From the NCBI GenBank assembly GCA_029881495.1, contig JAOUMJ010000002.1, positions 2,087 to 66,086 on the forward strand: a DNA stretch of 64,000 bases. The letters are read 5' to 3'. Origin of the DNA: Nitrospinota bacterium. GTDB lineage: Bacteria > Nitrospinota_A > UBA7883 > JACRGQ01. Both the position numbers and the translations under genes were made by a program. This document shows, piece by piece, positions 34,707 to 45,102 of the stretch (positions are counted from its first letter, which is position 1; each line of letters starts with the position of its first letter). Below the pieces are notes generated by a model. The model was not told where the DNA came from. It saw nothing but the letters and a program-made list of their open reading frames with translations, and did no database searches.

Positions 34707-35751
34707 TGGTTATTTCTGTTTCGGTAGCGACACGGTTCCTCCCCCCGGTTTTGGCCAGATATAGCGCCTTGTCCGCCCTCTTTACCGTTGAATTTATGTC
34801 GTCGGACTTGGAGAGTTCGCTTACGCCGACGCTGACGGTTACCGGCACCCTCTCACCTCTGACGGTGAATTCCCAATCGTATACCACTCCCCTTATTTTA
34901 TCCGCTATTTGTGCCGCCTCATCAAGCGGCATGCCGTGGCAGATTACGGCGAATTCCTCCCCGCCGTACCTGCATACTGTGCATCGCTCCGTGACCGATT
35001 TTTTCATCTTGTCCGAGACGGCGACTAGAAGCTTATCCCCGATGATATGTCCGAAGGAGTCGTTGAATTTTTTAAAGTGGTCGATATCTATAAGAACAAG
35101 CGAGCATTTATTGTCGTTGGAGACGTATTTAAGCGCTTTTTCCATCGACTCGTTGAACGACCTCCGGTTAAGAAGTTTGGTGAGGGTGTCGATCCTGGCT
35201 TCGGATTGAGATTCCTCAAGTTGCTGGTTGAGATTGTGCAGAAGTTTGTTCGAATCTTCAAGTTTGTTGAGAATGTTCTGGTTCTGTTTGTGTGTTTCGG
35301 CAGTGTCTTTCAGGAGTTGCTGGAGGAGTTCCTTAAGATCGTTGAGCGATTTTGTCTTTTCCGCCTTCTTGCTGAAGTGGCTCAGATTCTCGCCGTAATC
35401 GGAGGTGGATTCGATCCCCGCTATTACTTCCTTGATGGCTTTCAAAAGGATCTCGCCGGCCTTGCTGCTCACCGCCTCCGCTGTGGAAATTTCACCCTGC
35501 ACTTTTTTGGTAAGTTCTTCGTTGAGATCCCGAACGTAGAATTTTTTGTATACCCTTTCCAGGAGGTCTGGCGTGAAATGCGTTCCGGCCTTGATAAGAG
35601 TGTCGACTTCCTTCACTATCTCGTCCTTTGCCCCCTGGAAGTAATCAAAGAACAGGCGGTAGTTGTCGGGGGTCATCTTGATCTTCTTCTCAGTTAGGAA
35701 AGGAAGGAGTTTCTTTACGGTATCGCTGGTACTTGGATATTTCCTAGCCAT
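34699..35751 (-). CDS. Diguanylate cyclase (GGEEF) with coiled-coil N-terminus
   Basis: DTLTKLLNRR, DIDHFKKFND.FGH..GD, RYGGEEF, ADKALYLAK..GRN. Start moved to ATG 35751, overlapping the nadK end. Confidence 0.93.
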   Translation of the reverse strand: MARKYPSTSDTVKKLLPFLTEKKIKMTPDNYRLFFDYFQGAKDEIVKEVDTLIKAGTHFTPDLLERVYKKFYVRDLNEELTKKVQGEISTAEAVSSKAGEILLKAIKEVIAGIESTSDYGENLSHFSKKAEKTKSLNDLKELLQQLLKDTAETHKQNQNILNKLEDSNKLLHNLNQQLEESQSEARIDTLTKLLNRRSFNESMEKALKYVSNDNKCSLVLIDIDHFKKFNDSFGHIIGDKLLVAVSDKMKKSVTERCTVCRYGGEEFAVICHGMPLDEAAQIADKIRGVVYDWEFTVRGERVPVTVSVGVSELSKSDDINSTVKRADKALYLAKTGGRNRVATETEITNA

Positions 35752-36622
35752 TTGGTTTTGACGAGCCTCCCCATCCGAGTTTGCTACGCAAGGTATCAAA
35801 ATGCGTCCTTCCTGGAACCTTGACAAGCCGGGTGATCTTTTCCGAGCATGAGATAGTCAGATGGTCATGTTCCTGTATATCGATGCTCTCCTGACCGTCC
35901 AGGGTGGCGATGATCGTTTCCTGCCCTTCATGCAGGTCAACCTCTATGACGAAATTGCCGGGTACAACGAGAGGGCGGTTCGAAAGCGTGTGAGGGCAGA
36001 TGGGGCATATGACAAGCGCGTCGAGGGTGGGGTAGAGGATCGGACCTCCGGCGCTAAGGGCGTACGCGGTGGAGCCGGTGGGGCTTGATATAATCAGTCC
36101 ATCCGCCTTGTAATCGGTAACGTATTCCTTGTTTACGGTGATGGAGAGTTCAATCATCTTGGCGATATTTTTCCTTGAGAGCACCACGTCGTTCAAAGCG
36201 ACCAGGTTGATGGAATCCTTGTCGCTCTCGACGGTCACGTTCACCATTAGCCGGTTCTCGATGTCGAAATCGCCATGTTTCAGCTTTTCCAGGGCACGCT
36301 CCATTTCTTCATAGGCGACCTCGGTGATGAATCCAAGACTTCCAAGGTTTACGCCGAGTAGAGGCACTGAATGGTTGGTCGCCATCCTTGCGGAGGCAAG
36401 GAGCGTACCATCCCCTCCAAGGATAAGGAGTACGTCTACCGAATCGAGAAGTGTGGAGTGTTCCACCCCTTTTTCCTTTACGATCTTTCCGGTTGTTCTG
36501 TCGGTCAGGATCTCCACCCCGTTTTTAGCCCCCCATTCCATGACGCGGGCAATGGCCTGAGGAGCGAGCGGACTTTTCGGTTTCACGATGATACCGATGG
36601 ATTTGACAGGTTTATTTTTCAT
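35744..36622 (-). CDS. nadK: NAD+ kinase
   Basis: GGDGTLL, GVNLGSLGF, ALNDVV, DGLIISSPTGSTAYALSAGGP, DGQ. Confidence 0.96.
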   Translation of the reverse strand: MKNKPVKSIGIIVKPKSPLAPQAIARVMEWGAKNGVEILTDRTTGKIVKEKGVEHSTLLDSVDVLLILGGDGTLLASARMATNHSVPLLGVNLGSLGFITEVAYEEMERALEKLKHGDFDIENRLMVNVTVESDKDSINLVALNDVVLSRKNIAKMIELSITVNKEYVTDYKADGLIISSPTGSTAYALSAGGPILYPTLDALVICPICPHTLSNRPLVVPGNFVIEVDLHEGQETIIATLDGQESIDIQEHDHLTISCSEKITRLVKVPGRTHFDTLRSKLGWGGSSKPNG

Positions 36623-36642
36623 GTTTTTCAATTATCTCATTT

Positions 36643-37617
36643 TTAGGGGGCTAGAAGCGAAAGAATCCATTCCGCGCTTTCAGCAAACTCGTCTATTTTC
36701 ACTATGTTTGATTTTACATAATCGAAGGTATTCGGTACATATTTCAGGAAAAAGGGATTTTTCCTCGATTCAGCCTGGAAGCCGAATGTGCCGAGCGCCT
36801 TGATATTGCGCTGAAGCGAGATCCTGATGAGGTTTTTTGCTATGTTGACACCCTTTACGGGATTTCCCTCCTCACTGTTCAGCTTTTCAATGTAATATGC
36901 GGCGAGCCTGTTTCGTATACCGTCATCAAGCCTGACGTAGCTGTCGAACAGAAGGGAGACGAGGTCGTACTGTGCCGGGCCCATCATGGCATCCTGAAAA
37001 TCGAGGATGAAATAATTACCATCCTTGATCATGATATTGCGTGAATGATAATCCCTGTGGGAGAAAACAAGCGGCTCTTCCTCAAGCGGGGTTACAAGTT
37101 TCAGGAACCAGTCGGTCAGCTTTCTGTCTTCCTCCGGCGAGAGGTTCTTTTTCAAATGGCCGATGATGAACCACTTTTTCGCATGTTCAAGCTCATACAT
37201 GTACTTTGCAGTATCGAATTTCCTGGTTGTAGCCGGATTCCCGATTGCCAGTGAGGATGTGCAGTGCACCTGCATTTTCACGAGGATATCTATTACGTTC
37301 ATATAGTGTCGCGTAATTTCATCGGCGCTGGCGGATGTCAAGGCCCCTTCAAGGAGGAGGTCACCGCAGTCGTCGAGGTAGATCTCCCCTTCGGCGGGGC
37401 GTTTCCCGAAAATTTCCGGGACCGGAACGCCGCAATCGTGCAGGTACTCCCGAAGTATCAGAAAGTCGTTTTCAGCTTCGATGAAAGGGGCCGGGAGTTT
37501 CATAAGTATCATGGTTTTCGGCAAGTGGGCCGGATCGTCGAAGTTCAACCGGAAATATTCCCTCGTGGAGGCGTCGCCCTGAAGTTTTATAATGGAGCGG
37601 TTTGTAGGAATTTCCAT
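36643..37617 (-). CDS. APH-family phosphotransferase, AmgK-like MurNAc/GlcNAc kinase
   Basis: GDASTREYFR, HRDYHSRNIM, LDFQDAMMGP..YDLVSLL, QRNIKALGTF. Confidence 0.85.
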   Translation of the reverse strand: MEIPTNRSIIKLQGDASTREYFRLNFDDPAHLPKTMILMKLPAPFIEAENDFLILREYLHDCGVPVPEIFGKRPAEGEIYLDDCGDLLLEGALTSASADEITRHYMNVIDILVKMQVHCTSSLAIGNPATTRKFDTAKYMYELEHAKKWFIIGHLKKNLSPEEDRKLTDWFLKLVTPLEEEPLVFSHRDYHSRNIMIKDGNYFILDFQDAMMGPAQYDLVSLLFDSYVRLDDGIRNRLAAYYIEKLNSEEGNPVKGVNIAKNLIRISLQRNIKALGTFGFQAESRKNPFFLKYVPNTFDYVKSNIVKIDEFAESAEWILSLLAP

Positions 37618-37620
37618 ATT

Positions 37621-38922
37621 TTAGCTTTTCACGCTCTCTTTATTTCTTATGAGTTTTGATATCTCTATAAAACTGTTTTTCAAGGCTCCCCGGTTGTTCA
37701 GTATGGTCTCATAACCGGCAAGTCCAGCTCTTTTCCTTTCAGGTTCGTCCTTTAGAAGCCTTTCAATTTCGGTTTCCAGCTCTTTTATGTCTGCCGTTTC
37801 GAAAGCGGCTCCAGCATCTATCAGCTGAGGGGTAATGGTTCTGAAGTTTTCCATATGCGGGCCGAACAGAACAGGGATCTTCCATGAAGAGGCCTCAAGC
37901 GGATTCTGTCCGCCGTGAGGGATGAAACTCCCTCCTATCACCGCAATATCGGTTGCGCCGTAGAGGTTTCCCAGTTCCCCTATCGTGTCGAGGAGGAGAA
38001 GTGTATCCGGCTTTTCCCTGTTCGATCGTCTCGCCGGATAGATGCCGACCGTTTTGCATATATCCGATATTTCATCCGCTCTGTTCGGGTGGCGGGGCGC
38101 GATGATTGCGAAAAGAGCGTTTATCTTTTCACGAAGCCTCAGGAAGGCCTCAAGTAGAGGGCGATCCTCGCCTGAATGAGTGCTTGAATAAATAATTACC
38201 GGGACATCCAGCGGTATCTGGAACTCCCGGCGAATCTCTTCCCTGCTGTGCACCTTCTGGAGTGACTGGTCGAATTTCATGTTTCCGCAAACTTTTACAG
38301 TTTCGGGTCTTGCCCCAAGTATGACTATCTTTTCAAGATCTTTTTGCGACTGCATCAGGAGGAGAGTAATTGAAGAGATATATGGCGCGATAAATATCCT
38401 TGCTTTCATATAGCGCGTCATCGACCTATCGGAGATCCTGCCGTTCACCAGCACGGTCGCAACACCTCTATTGCGGCATTGATGGAGGAAGTTCGGCCAT
38501 ATTTCCGTTTCGAAGAATATGAAAGTTGCCGGGTCGATGTGCCGAAGCGAGGCTTTCACGGCGAAGGGGAAATCGTATGGGAAGTGAATTATGTTAAGCC
38601 TGCCAGGATTTTCATCCATCTGTCTTTTGAGTTTTGAGCGGGCCAATCCCATCCCTGTGGATGTGCTTGCCGAGAAGGTTATCGTCTTGTCCTTATACTC
38701 CCTGAGGAGCGTATCTATCAGCGGTATCGATACGTTCGTTTCACCCACGGAGACGGCATGTACCCAAATCCCGCCGCCGGGCGGAGGGGGGCTTTTGATA
38801 AATCCCATCTTCTCGCGAAGACTGTCGGCACTCTCTTTCCCTATCGCAACGCGATATATGAAATATGGAAGGATAAAGGGGAGGAGTATGAGAAGAAGGA
38901 GGTTGTAGAAAAAGTGAATCAT
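37621..38922 (-). CDS. waaA: Kdo transferase
   Basis: IWVHAVSVGE, ETEIWPN, NGRISDRS, GNMKFD, APRHP, DTIGEL, GGQNPLE. Confidence 0.95.
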   Translation of the reverse strand: MIHFFYNLLLLILLPFILPYFIYRVAIGKESADSLREKMGFIKSPPPPGGGIWVHAVSVGETNVSIPLIDTLLREYKDKTITFSASTSTGMGLARSKLKRQMDENPGRLNIIHFPYDFPFAVKASLRHIDPATFIFFETEIWPNFLHQCRNRGVATVLVNGRISDRSMTRYMKARIFIAPYISSITLLLMQSQKDLEKIVILGARPETVKVCGNMKFDQSLQKVHSREEIRREFQIPLDVPVIIYSSTHSGEDRPLLEAFLRLREKINALFAIIAPRHPNRADEISDICKTVGIYPARRSNREKPDTLLLLDTIGELGNLYGATDIAVIGGSFIPHGGQNPLEASSWKIPVLFGPHMENFRTITPQLIDAGAAFETADIKELETEIERLLKDEPERKRAGLAGYETILNNRGALKNSFIEISKLIRNKESVKS

Positions 38923-39590
38923 GACGGGAAGGACGAGGCCGCGGTTTCCGTCAGCCGGTTCAGTTCGTTTTCCAGCTCAAGATTATTTCTCATGAGCTCC
39001 TCCGAGTCGGCCTTGTTGTCGATGTATATCGGGCTTCCAACGGCGACGGTTATCCTTGTGAAAGGGTAGGGGAAAAGGGTCTTGTCCCAGGTTCTCAGCC
39101 TCTTTCCTTTCTCCGCTTCATACGCGATAGGTACGATAGGCAATCCGGTGAGTTTGGCCAGGAAGACCGAGCCGGGCTGTGATTTTCTCGCGGGGCCGCG
39201 CGAACCGTCCGCCACCATTGAAGCGGCGGCTCCCTGCTCGCGTTCCTTTTTGAGCCTTCGCGCCATGCCAAGGAGGGAGCTTCGAGGATTCTCGTGTGTC
39301 GACCCTCTCACGGTGAAAAATCCAAGGAGGCGCAACATGCCGTCCATGATATCTCCGTCGGAACTTGGGGAGACGAGGACGTAAAACCTCTTTCGCCATC
39401 TGAGGTGAAAAGGGACGTAAAAGAGGTGGCAATGCCACAAGGCAACGATGCAGCCGTTCTTGAGCATGAAATCGTTGTTCTCTTTCCCGATTATCCTTAT
39501 CCTTTGCGTATATCCGCAAAAGAGCATCATGAGAAAAATGATGAACGGTGCGATATACCCCTGAAGGGCTCTTTTAAGCAGTCGTTTCAC
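38919..39590 (-). CDS. DUF374 lysophospholipid-acyltransferase-family protein
   Basis: ALWH, VSPSSDGD, VRGST, DGSRGP, WDK...PYPF; upstream of waaA. Confidence 0.82.
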   Translation of the reverse strand: MKRLLKRALQGYIAPFIIFLMMLFCGYTQRIRIIGKENNDFMLKNGCIVALWHCHLFYVPFHLRWRKRFYVLVSPSSDGDIMDGMLRLLGFFTVRGSTHENPRSSLLGMARRLKKEREQGAAASMVADGSRGPARKSQPGSVFLAKLTGLPIVPIAYEAEKGKRLRTWDKTLFPYPFTRITVAVGSPIYIDNKADSEELMRNNLELENELNRLTETAASSFPS

Positions 39591-39609
39591 TTGTCGATGT
39601 TATTCCGGG

Positions 39610-40368
39610 CTATTTATCCGAAATTTTATCAGCAATGGTTTTGACGGCGGTTATCATGTCCATCGGGATGGGGAACAGCGTGACGGAGTTGTTCTCCGAG
39701 GCTATTTCCCTGAGAGTCTGAAGGTATCTCAGCTGTATGGAAACCGGGTGGCCTCCCATGATATCTGCCGCCTCCCGAAGTTTGTGGGATGCCTGCAGTT
39801 CACCTTCCGCGTTTATGACCTTCGCGCGCCTCTCCCTTTCGGCTTCCGCCTGCTTGGCCATCGCCCTTTTCATCTCCTGCGGGAGGTCGACATGTTTTAT
39901 GGAAACAGAGGATACCTTGATACCCCAAGGGTCTGTCTGCATGTCGAGCACTTCCTGTATGCGCGAATTTATCTTCTCCATTTCGGAGAGAACTTCATCT
40001 AGTTCGGACTGTCCCATTATCGCGCGAAGGGTGGTTTGCGCCAGCTGGGAGGTGTTGTAATGGTAGTCTTCCACCTTGATGATGGCCTTTTCCGCTTCCA
40101 TTACGCGGTACATGACAACCGCGTTAACCTTTATTGAGACGTTGTCCTTCGTGATGATGTCCTGCGGCGGCACGTCGAGCGCGACAATTCTCATATCGAC
40201 CCTTTGCATGGTCTGGAGTACAGGGATCAGTATCTTGATACCCTTTGTATAGGTGGCAAAATACCTTCCGAGCATGAAAACCACCCCCCTTTCGTACTCC
40301 ATGATTATCTTGATGGAGCTCGCAAGGAGCATCAGAACTATCAGTGCCAGGGCGTATAGGGAAATCAT
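39610..40368 (-). CDS. SPFH/stomatin (slipin) protein
   Basis: [49 protein letters not shown]. Confidence 0.93.
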   Translation of the reverse strand: MISLYALALIVLMLLASSIKIIMEYERGVVFMLGRYFATYTKGIKILIPVLQTMQRVDMRIVALDVPPQDIITKDNVSIKVNAVVMYRVMEAEKAIIKVEDYHYNTSQLAQTTLRAIMGQSELDEVLSEMEKINSRIQEVLDMQTDPWGIKVSSVSIKHVDLPQEMKRAMAKQAEAERERRAKVINAEGELQASHKLREAADIMGGHPVSIQLRYLQTLREIASENNSVTLFPIPMDMITAVKTIADKISDK

Positions 40369-40462
40369 TTATACTTCTCCTCCAGGGTTTCTCTTCTTTT
40401 ATGTATCATACTTCAATTGGCTGGCGTTAAAAAGGAGCCTTTTCCAATTGCCGAAATCGGGA

Positions 40463-41125
40463 CTATTCTATCTTTTTCTGCAATACCATATTGTAAAAAC
40501 CGTCGCTGTTTTCGGAAATGCCAGTAATGGAAAAATATCGGCTGAAGATGGCAATTAGCTCCTTTCTCGACGAAAATCTGTCGTAATGGCCGTGGTGGCA
40601 GGCGTACCCATTCTTGTAGGTTTTTCCGTTTGCGTGCCGGAATTTTCGGCTGAAACATGTGAGGATAATATACCCCCCCGGCACGAGGAGAGAAAAAAGG
40701 AAATTCAGGAATACCTTTGTATCTTTTCTGCGAATATGGTGAAAAACGCCGTAGTCTATCACCAGGCCGAAACTATTCTCCTTGACGGGGATGCGAAAGA
40801 TATCTCCAAGAATATATAAAACACCCTTCCCCTTTCTTCTGCCGGCGTTTTTCAAGGCGGTCTCCTGCATGTCAATCCCGATAACCTTAAAACCGTTCTC
40901 CGAAAGGTACGAAGAGTGTCTCCCTTCGCCGCATCCGAGGTCTAGCGCAATTCTATTAGGGAGTTTTTGTGCGATCTCCTTCAGCGATTTTTGCAGGTTC
41001 CCTGACGGTTTTCCGTCAACGGACCAGGGGGTATGCCCGGTTTTATAGGCATTTTCGTAAAAATTGTTCTGACTGCGGTAAAGCTTTTCTTCCGAAAGTT
41101 TTGTCAGCCCTGCTTTTAACATCAA
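40463..41125 (-). CDS. Class I SAM-dependent methyltransferase
   Basis: TPW, ALDLGCGEGR, VIGID, DYGVFHH, LVPGG. Confidence 0.88.
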   Translation of the reverse strand: MMLKAGLTKLSEEKLYRSQNNFYENAYKTGHTPWSVDGKPSGNLQKSLKEIAQKLPNRIALDLGCGEGRHSSYLSENGFKVIGIDMQETALKNAGRRKGKGVLYILGDIFRIPVKENSFGLVIDYGVFHHIRRKDTKVFLNFLFSLLVPGGYIILTCFSRKFRHANGKTYKNGYACHHGHYDRFSSRKELIAIFSRYFSITGISENSDGFYNMVLQKKIE

Positions 41126-41436
41126 TATCCTAACCTGAAAATATGTTGTGCTTAGTTACACTTTTCATTTTGCAATTTTGTTTCAAAGAGAGCAACCAAG
41201 TCAACCCAAACGGGTCTTTTTTAATGTAAAATGCGCCATACGAATAAAAATTTAACTGACAATGAAAACCGGGGGGGCAAGTTGCGGCATTTGAAATTCC
41301 GTAATGGAATAAACTTGGGAATGATCACAACTCCATTCGGACTGACAGTTCTTGGTGAGCGAACGGTTTTAAGGAACAGTAGCGTTCAATGCAATGTATC
41401 CACTAATGGTTTTCAAATGAATGAAGTGGATGTTGC

Positions 41437-43077
41437 ATGGTGAATCCTTTGTTTGGCATTGGGACAGACAATGCAGAGAAGCGTTTCGAAAAAATGTTCG
41501 GCCTTGTTAAAGATATTGGCGCGCTGAATCATGTCAGAAACAGGGATCTGCGTCATGTCATGCAGGAAGCCGCCAGGCTATTTGTAGAAAATGGCATAGC
41601 TGAATTTTGCTCCATTCTTTTCTGTCCCTCCCCTGTATCCTGTTTCAACCGCGTATTTGCCGTGAGGGATCGCAACGGCGGGGTTACCACGGAAATTTTC
41701 ACAGACCGCATCTCGGTTGAAGATTCCCCTTTCCTGCTGAAAATGATGGAGGATGGGGTCCCGGTGTTTATCGATTCGATCGGTGATATTGAGCGGGAAG
41801 CCAGGATCAACATGATCGTGCCGGAAGGTTACAACTCCCTCTTTAGCATACCGGTCACATCCAATTCTGATACGTTCCTGTCTCTTACTTTCGGATATTC
41901 CGAAAAAAGATCAAAACCTGAAGAAAGCGAGATGGATTTCCTTGTTCATCTGGCACACCAGATCTCTGATATCCAGGCGATACAGTATTCGGACGAGCTT
42001 TTCCAAAACTATGAAATGGAATACCGTGAGCTTTTTGAAAATTCGGCTGACGTTGTCATCAAGATTAACGCTCAAGGGGAGATCGAGGATATAAACTCGC
42101 AGTTTACCGCGGAGACTGGTCTGGACGCCGGGGACTGGATAGGAAAACCGATATCGTCACTTTTCACCGGCGTTGAAAACGCCGGGTATGAGATATTCAG
42201 GAAAAATATGGACCGCTTTTCCGGCCTTGAATGCGTGTTGAACGGCAACAGAGAACAGAAATTTTATCTCCTCTCTTCGTGGCCAAGATTCAACAGCGAG
42301 GGGAAAATGATCGGAAACTGGATAGCGGCACGTGATCTGACCGAGAGGAAAAAAAAGGAGATGGATCTCCTCAGGCTGAAAGAAAAGGCGGAGGCGGCCA
42401 ACTTCTCAAAACTCTCTCTGCTGAATAACGTCTCGCACGAATTGAAAACCCCTCTGACTTCAATCATCGGTTTTGGCAAGCTGATTTCATGCAATGAAAA
42501 GATCGATACGAAGGTGAGAGAGCAGGCCGCGATAGTCGAGAAGGAGGGGAAGGATCTCCTGACCATCATTAACAGTCTGCTGGATGTGGCAAGCGCTGAA
42601 AAGGAGTGGGGAGAATTAAAACACACAAGGATACAGCTGGGAAAATTCCTTAAATTCATTGCCAACGGCGGCAAACGTGGAGTGCTTGAAATTTCCATTG
42701 ATAATGATCTGCCTGAAACGATCATTGCTGACGAGAAAAAACTAATGATCGTGCTGGATCAGCTTGTGGATAATGCTTTCAAATTCTCGATGGGGAAGAA
42801 GGTATCGCTAACCGCCAGGAAATCGGAAGGCGACATTGTCTTTTCAGTAAAGGATGACGGCGTAGGGATAGAAGAGAAAAACCTGGAACGCGTTTTCGAA
42901 CATTTCGTGCAGGAAGACAGCGGATTATCACGGGAGTTTGAAGGGATGGGCCTCGGCCTTCCGCTTGCCAAGACGGCGGTACTGGCGATGGGTGGGAGGA
43001 TTTGGGTCGACAGCATTAAAGGGGAGGGGAGCACCTTCCATTTTGCCATTCCGTTTGTTACGGCAACTGCCGAATAG
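41437..43077 (+). CDS. GAF-like/PAS sensor histidine kinase (cytoplasmic)
   Basis: YRELFENSAD PAS start, SHELKTPL H-box, QLVDNAFKF, DDGVGI, GMGLGL, GEGSTF. Confidence 0.92.
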   Translation: MVNPLFGIGTDNAEKRFEKMFGLVKDIGALNHVRNRDLRHVMQEAARLFVENGIAEFCSILFCPSPVSCFNRVFAVRDRNGGVTTEIFTDRISVEDSPFLLKMMEDGVPVFIDSIGDIEREARINMIVPEGYNSLFSIPVTSNSDTFLSLTFGYSEKRSKPEESEMDFLVHLAHQISDIQAIQYSDELFQNYEMEYRELFENSADVVIKINAQGEIEDINSQFTAETGLDAGDWIGKPISSLFTGVENAGYEIFRKNMDRFSGLECVLNGNREQKFYLLSSWPRFNSEGKMIGNWIAARDLTERKKKEMDLLRLKEKAEAANFSKLSLLNNVSHELKTPLTSIIGFGKLISCNEKIDTKVREQAAIVEKEGKDLLTIINSLLDVASAEKEWGELKHTRIQLGKFLKFIANGGKRGVLEISIDNDLPETIIADEKKLMIVLDQLVDNAFKFSMGKKVSLTARKSEGDIVFSVKDDGVGIEEKNLERVFEHFVQEDSGLSREFEGMGLGLPLAKTAVLAMGGRIWVDSIKGEGSTFHFAIPFVTATAE

Positions 43078-43205
43078 CCTTGCCGGCTATCCTCTCTATT
43101 CTTCGAATCCCGATATCTGATAAGATTGTATCAGCAGAAAAGGATTGGCGTTTCGATTAGTAAAGTGATTAACAATCCCCTTTTCTGTTTAAGGGGTTTC
43201 CCTCC

Positions 43206-44567
43206 ATGAGCAGATCGGTTTTGATTTCGTTATCATTGATAGCGGTAGCAGTGATTTGCCACGCGCTCGGCATTTATTCGGGCTGGTGGGGGATCACAAA
43301 AGCCGAATCGATATCATTTACCATCCTTGCGATAACCGCCATCTTCTGGATAAGTGAAACCGTACCGCTGTTTGTCACGAGCTTTCTGATAATTGCGTTG
43401 CAGACAGTTTGGCTCCTCCCCGCCATCAATGAAGGGGGAAAGGATATATCCGGCCAGATGTTCCTCACGCCGTTCTTTTCGGATATTATCCTGCTGTTCC
43501 TGGGGGGATTCGTCCTCTCCGCAATGCTGCACAAATTCAATCTGGACCAGCGCATAGCCAAATGGATACTGGCGCGTTCAGGGGGGGAGCCGTCCATACT
43601 CCTTCTGTCAGTTATCGTTATCTCCTCCTTTTTCTCGGCCTGGATGAGCAACACCGCGACCGCCGCCATGATGTTCGCCATTATCCTGCCGATCCTGAAT
43701 GATCTGCCAAAGGGTTCCGTTTTTCCTGTCGCGCTTTCCCTCTCAATTCCCTTCGCTTGCAATCTTGGCGGACTGGCAACGCCGATAGGCACTCCGCCGA
43801 ACGCCATCGCTTTAAGCTATCTTGCGAAACAGGGTGTAGAGATATCCTTTGCATTTTGGATGGTACTTGCCATACCGCTTGTACTCCTTTTAATGTTTCT
43901 CCTTTGGCGCGCGCTGATGTGGCTCTTTCCTCCGGAGGGCGAAAAGCTCTCTCTTAGCGCCATCGACGTGGAAAGGCTGTCGCCGAAACATTATTCGGTT
44001 ATTGCGATATTTTCCATTACCTGCCTCGGGTGGCTTACCACCGACCTGCATGGCCTTTCCACAGGGATGGTCGGCATTTTTCCGGTCATCGCGACCTTCG
44101 GCTTCCGGCTTTTGAACACGCGCGATTTCAGAACCCTTTCATGGGATGTGCTGATAATGCTCGGCGGCGGTCTTTCGCTGGGGGTCGGATTGGAGCAGAG
44201 CGGTCTTGTGGGGGAGATCATCAAGGTAGTGCCGGACAGCATGCCTCTGTGGGGCTTGCTCGCGGTTATTGCCTTTATCGCGCTACTTATGTCCACCTTC
44301 ATCAGCAATACGGCGACTGCCAATCTGCTTATCCCAGTGGCTGTATCCATTTCTTCCGGTTCGGCTCTCCACGCGCTGGTAGTTGCGATGGCGTGCAGTG
44401 GAGCAATGGCGCTCCCGGTAAGTTCGCCGCCGAATGCCATTGCCTTCGGTTCGGGAACTATCACCTCACGCCAGATGTTTCTAGCCGGAGGGCTGATAAG
44501 CCTGTTAACGCTTGCTGTCCTCTTGCTGGCGGGCGTATTCTATTGGGAGATGCTCGGCATCAAATAA
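43206..44567 (+). CDS. DASS/SLC13 sodium-coupled anion symporter
   Basis: Two SNT motifs (WMSNTATA, FISNTATA), TPIGTPPN, PVSSPPNAI. Confidence 0.9.
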   Translation: MSRSVLISLSLIAVAVICHALGIYSGWWGITKAESISFTILAITAIFWISETVPLFVTSFLIIALQTVWLLPAINEGGKDISGQMFLTPFFSDIILLFLGGFVLSAMLHKFNLDQRIAKWILARSGGEPSILLLSVIVISSFFSAWMSNTATAAMMFAIILPILNDLPKGSVFPVALSLSIPFACNLGGLATPIGTPPNAIALSYLAKQGVEISFAFWMVLAIPLVLLLMFLLWRALMWLFPPEGEKLSLSAIDVERLSPKHYSVIAIFSITCLGWLTTDLHGLSTGMVGIFPVIATFGFRLLNTRDFRTLSWDVLIMLGGGLSLGVGLEQSGLVGEIIKVVPDSMPLWGLLAVIAFIALLMSTFISNTATANLLIPVAVSISSGSALHALVVAMACSGAMALPVSSPPNAIAFGSGTITSRQMFLAGGLISLLTLAVLLLAGVFYWEMLGIK

Positions 44568-44582
44568 ACAGGGAGAAGGAAA

Positions 44583-44906
44583 TTGGAAATTCACCGTCAA
44601 ACATGCCAGAAATGCGGAAGCCGGGAGATGCGCAACCTGCTTGCGCGCGCCGTGGGGGAGAGCGACAAGGTTTTCGTGCAGTGCGTCAAGTGCGGAGAGC
44701 TTGTGGCGCGGTACACGATAGGGCAGGGTGGGTATTACCATCACGGCAAGGGCTATGAGAGCTATCTGCGGAGCCTGAACCGCGGCGGAGATTACGAAAG
44801 CACGCGCGATATGAATAACGCGTTCAATACGATCGTAGAGAGCTGTGAAAAGGAGTTTGCTGAAATACTGAAACATCTTGAGGAAAAGGAACGGAAAGGT
44901 GGCTGA
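44583..44906 (+). CDS. Small CxxC...CxxC zinc-binding hypothetical protein
   Basis: CQKC...CVKC, YYHHG; GAAGGA RBS before TTG; 15 nt after the transporter. Confidence 0.75.
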   Translation: MEIHRQTCQKCGSREMRNLLARAVGESDKVFVQCVKCGELVARYTIGQGGYYHHGKGYESYLRSLNRGGDYESTRDMNNAFNTIVESCEKEFAEILKHLEEKERKGG

Positions 44907-45102
44907 ATCAGGCTCGACATTTTGCGGGACTATTGGGAAGTGATATAGTGCAGGGATAGTTGCAATTGCAATTAAACAGACCAATTCGAACCGTTTGTAT
45001 ATCAGAGGTGAGGTGAAGCATCTTGAATTAAAACAGGCACCTACGAAAATCTAAGATACGGCATTTCCAATTTCAATTTGACCGCATAGGAGGTTATGCA
45101 GA

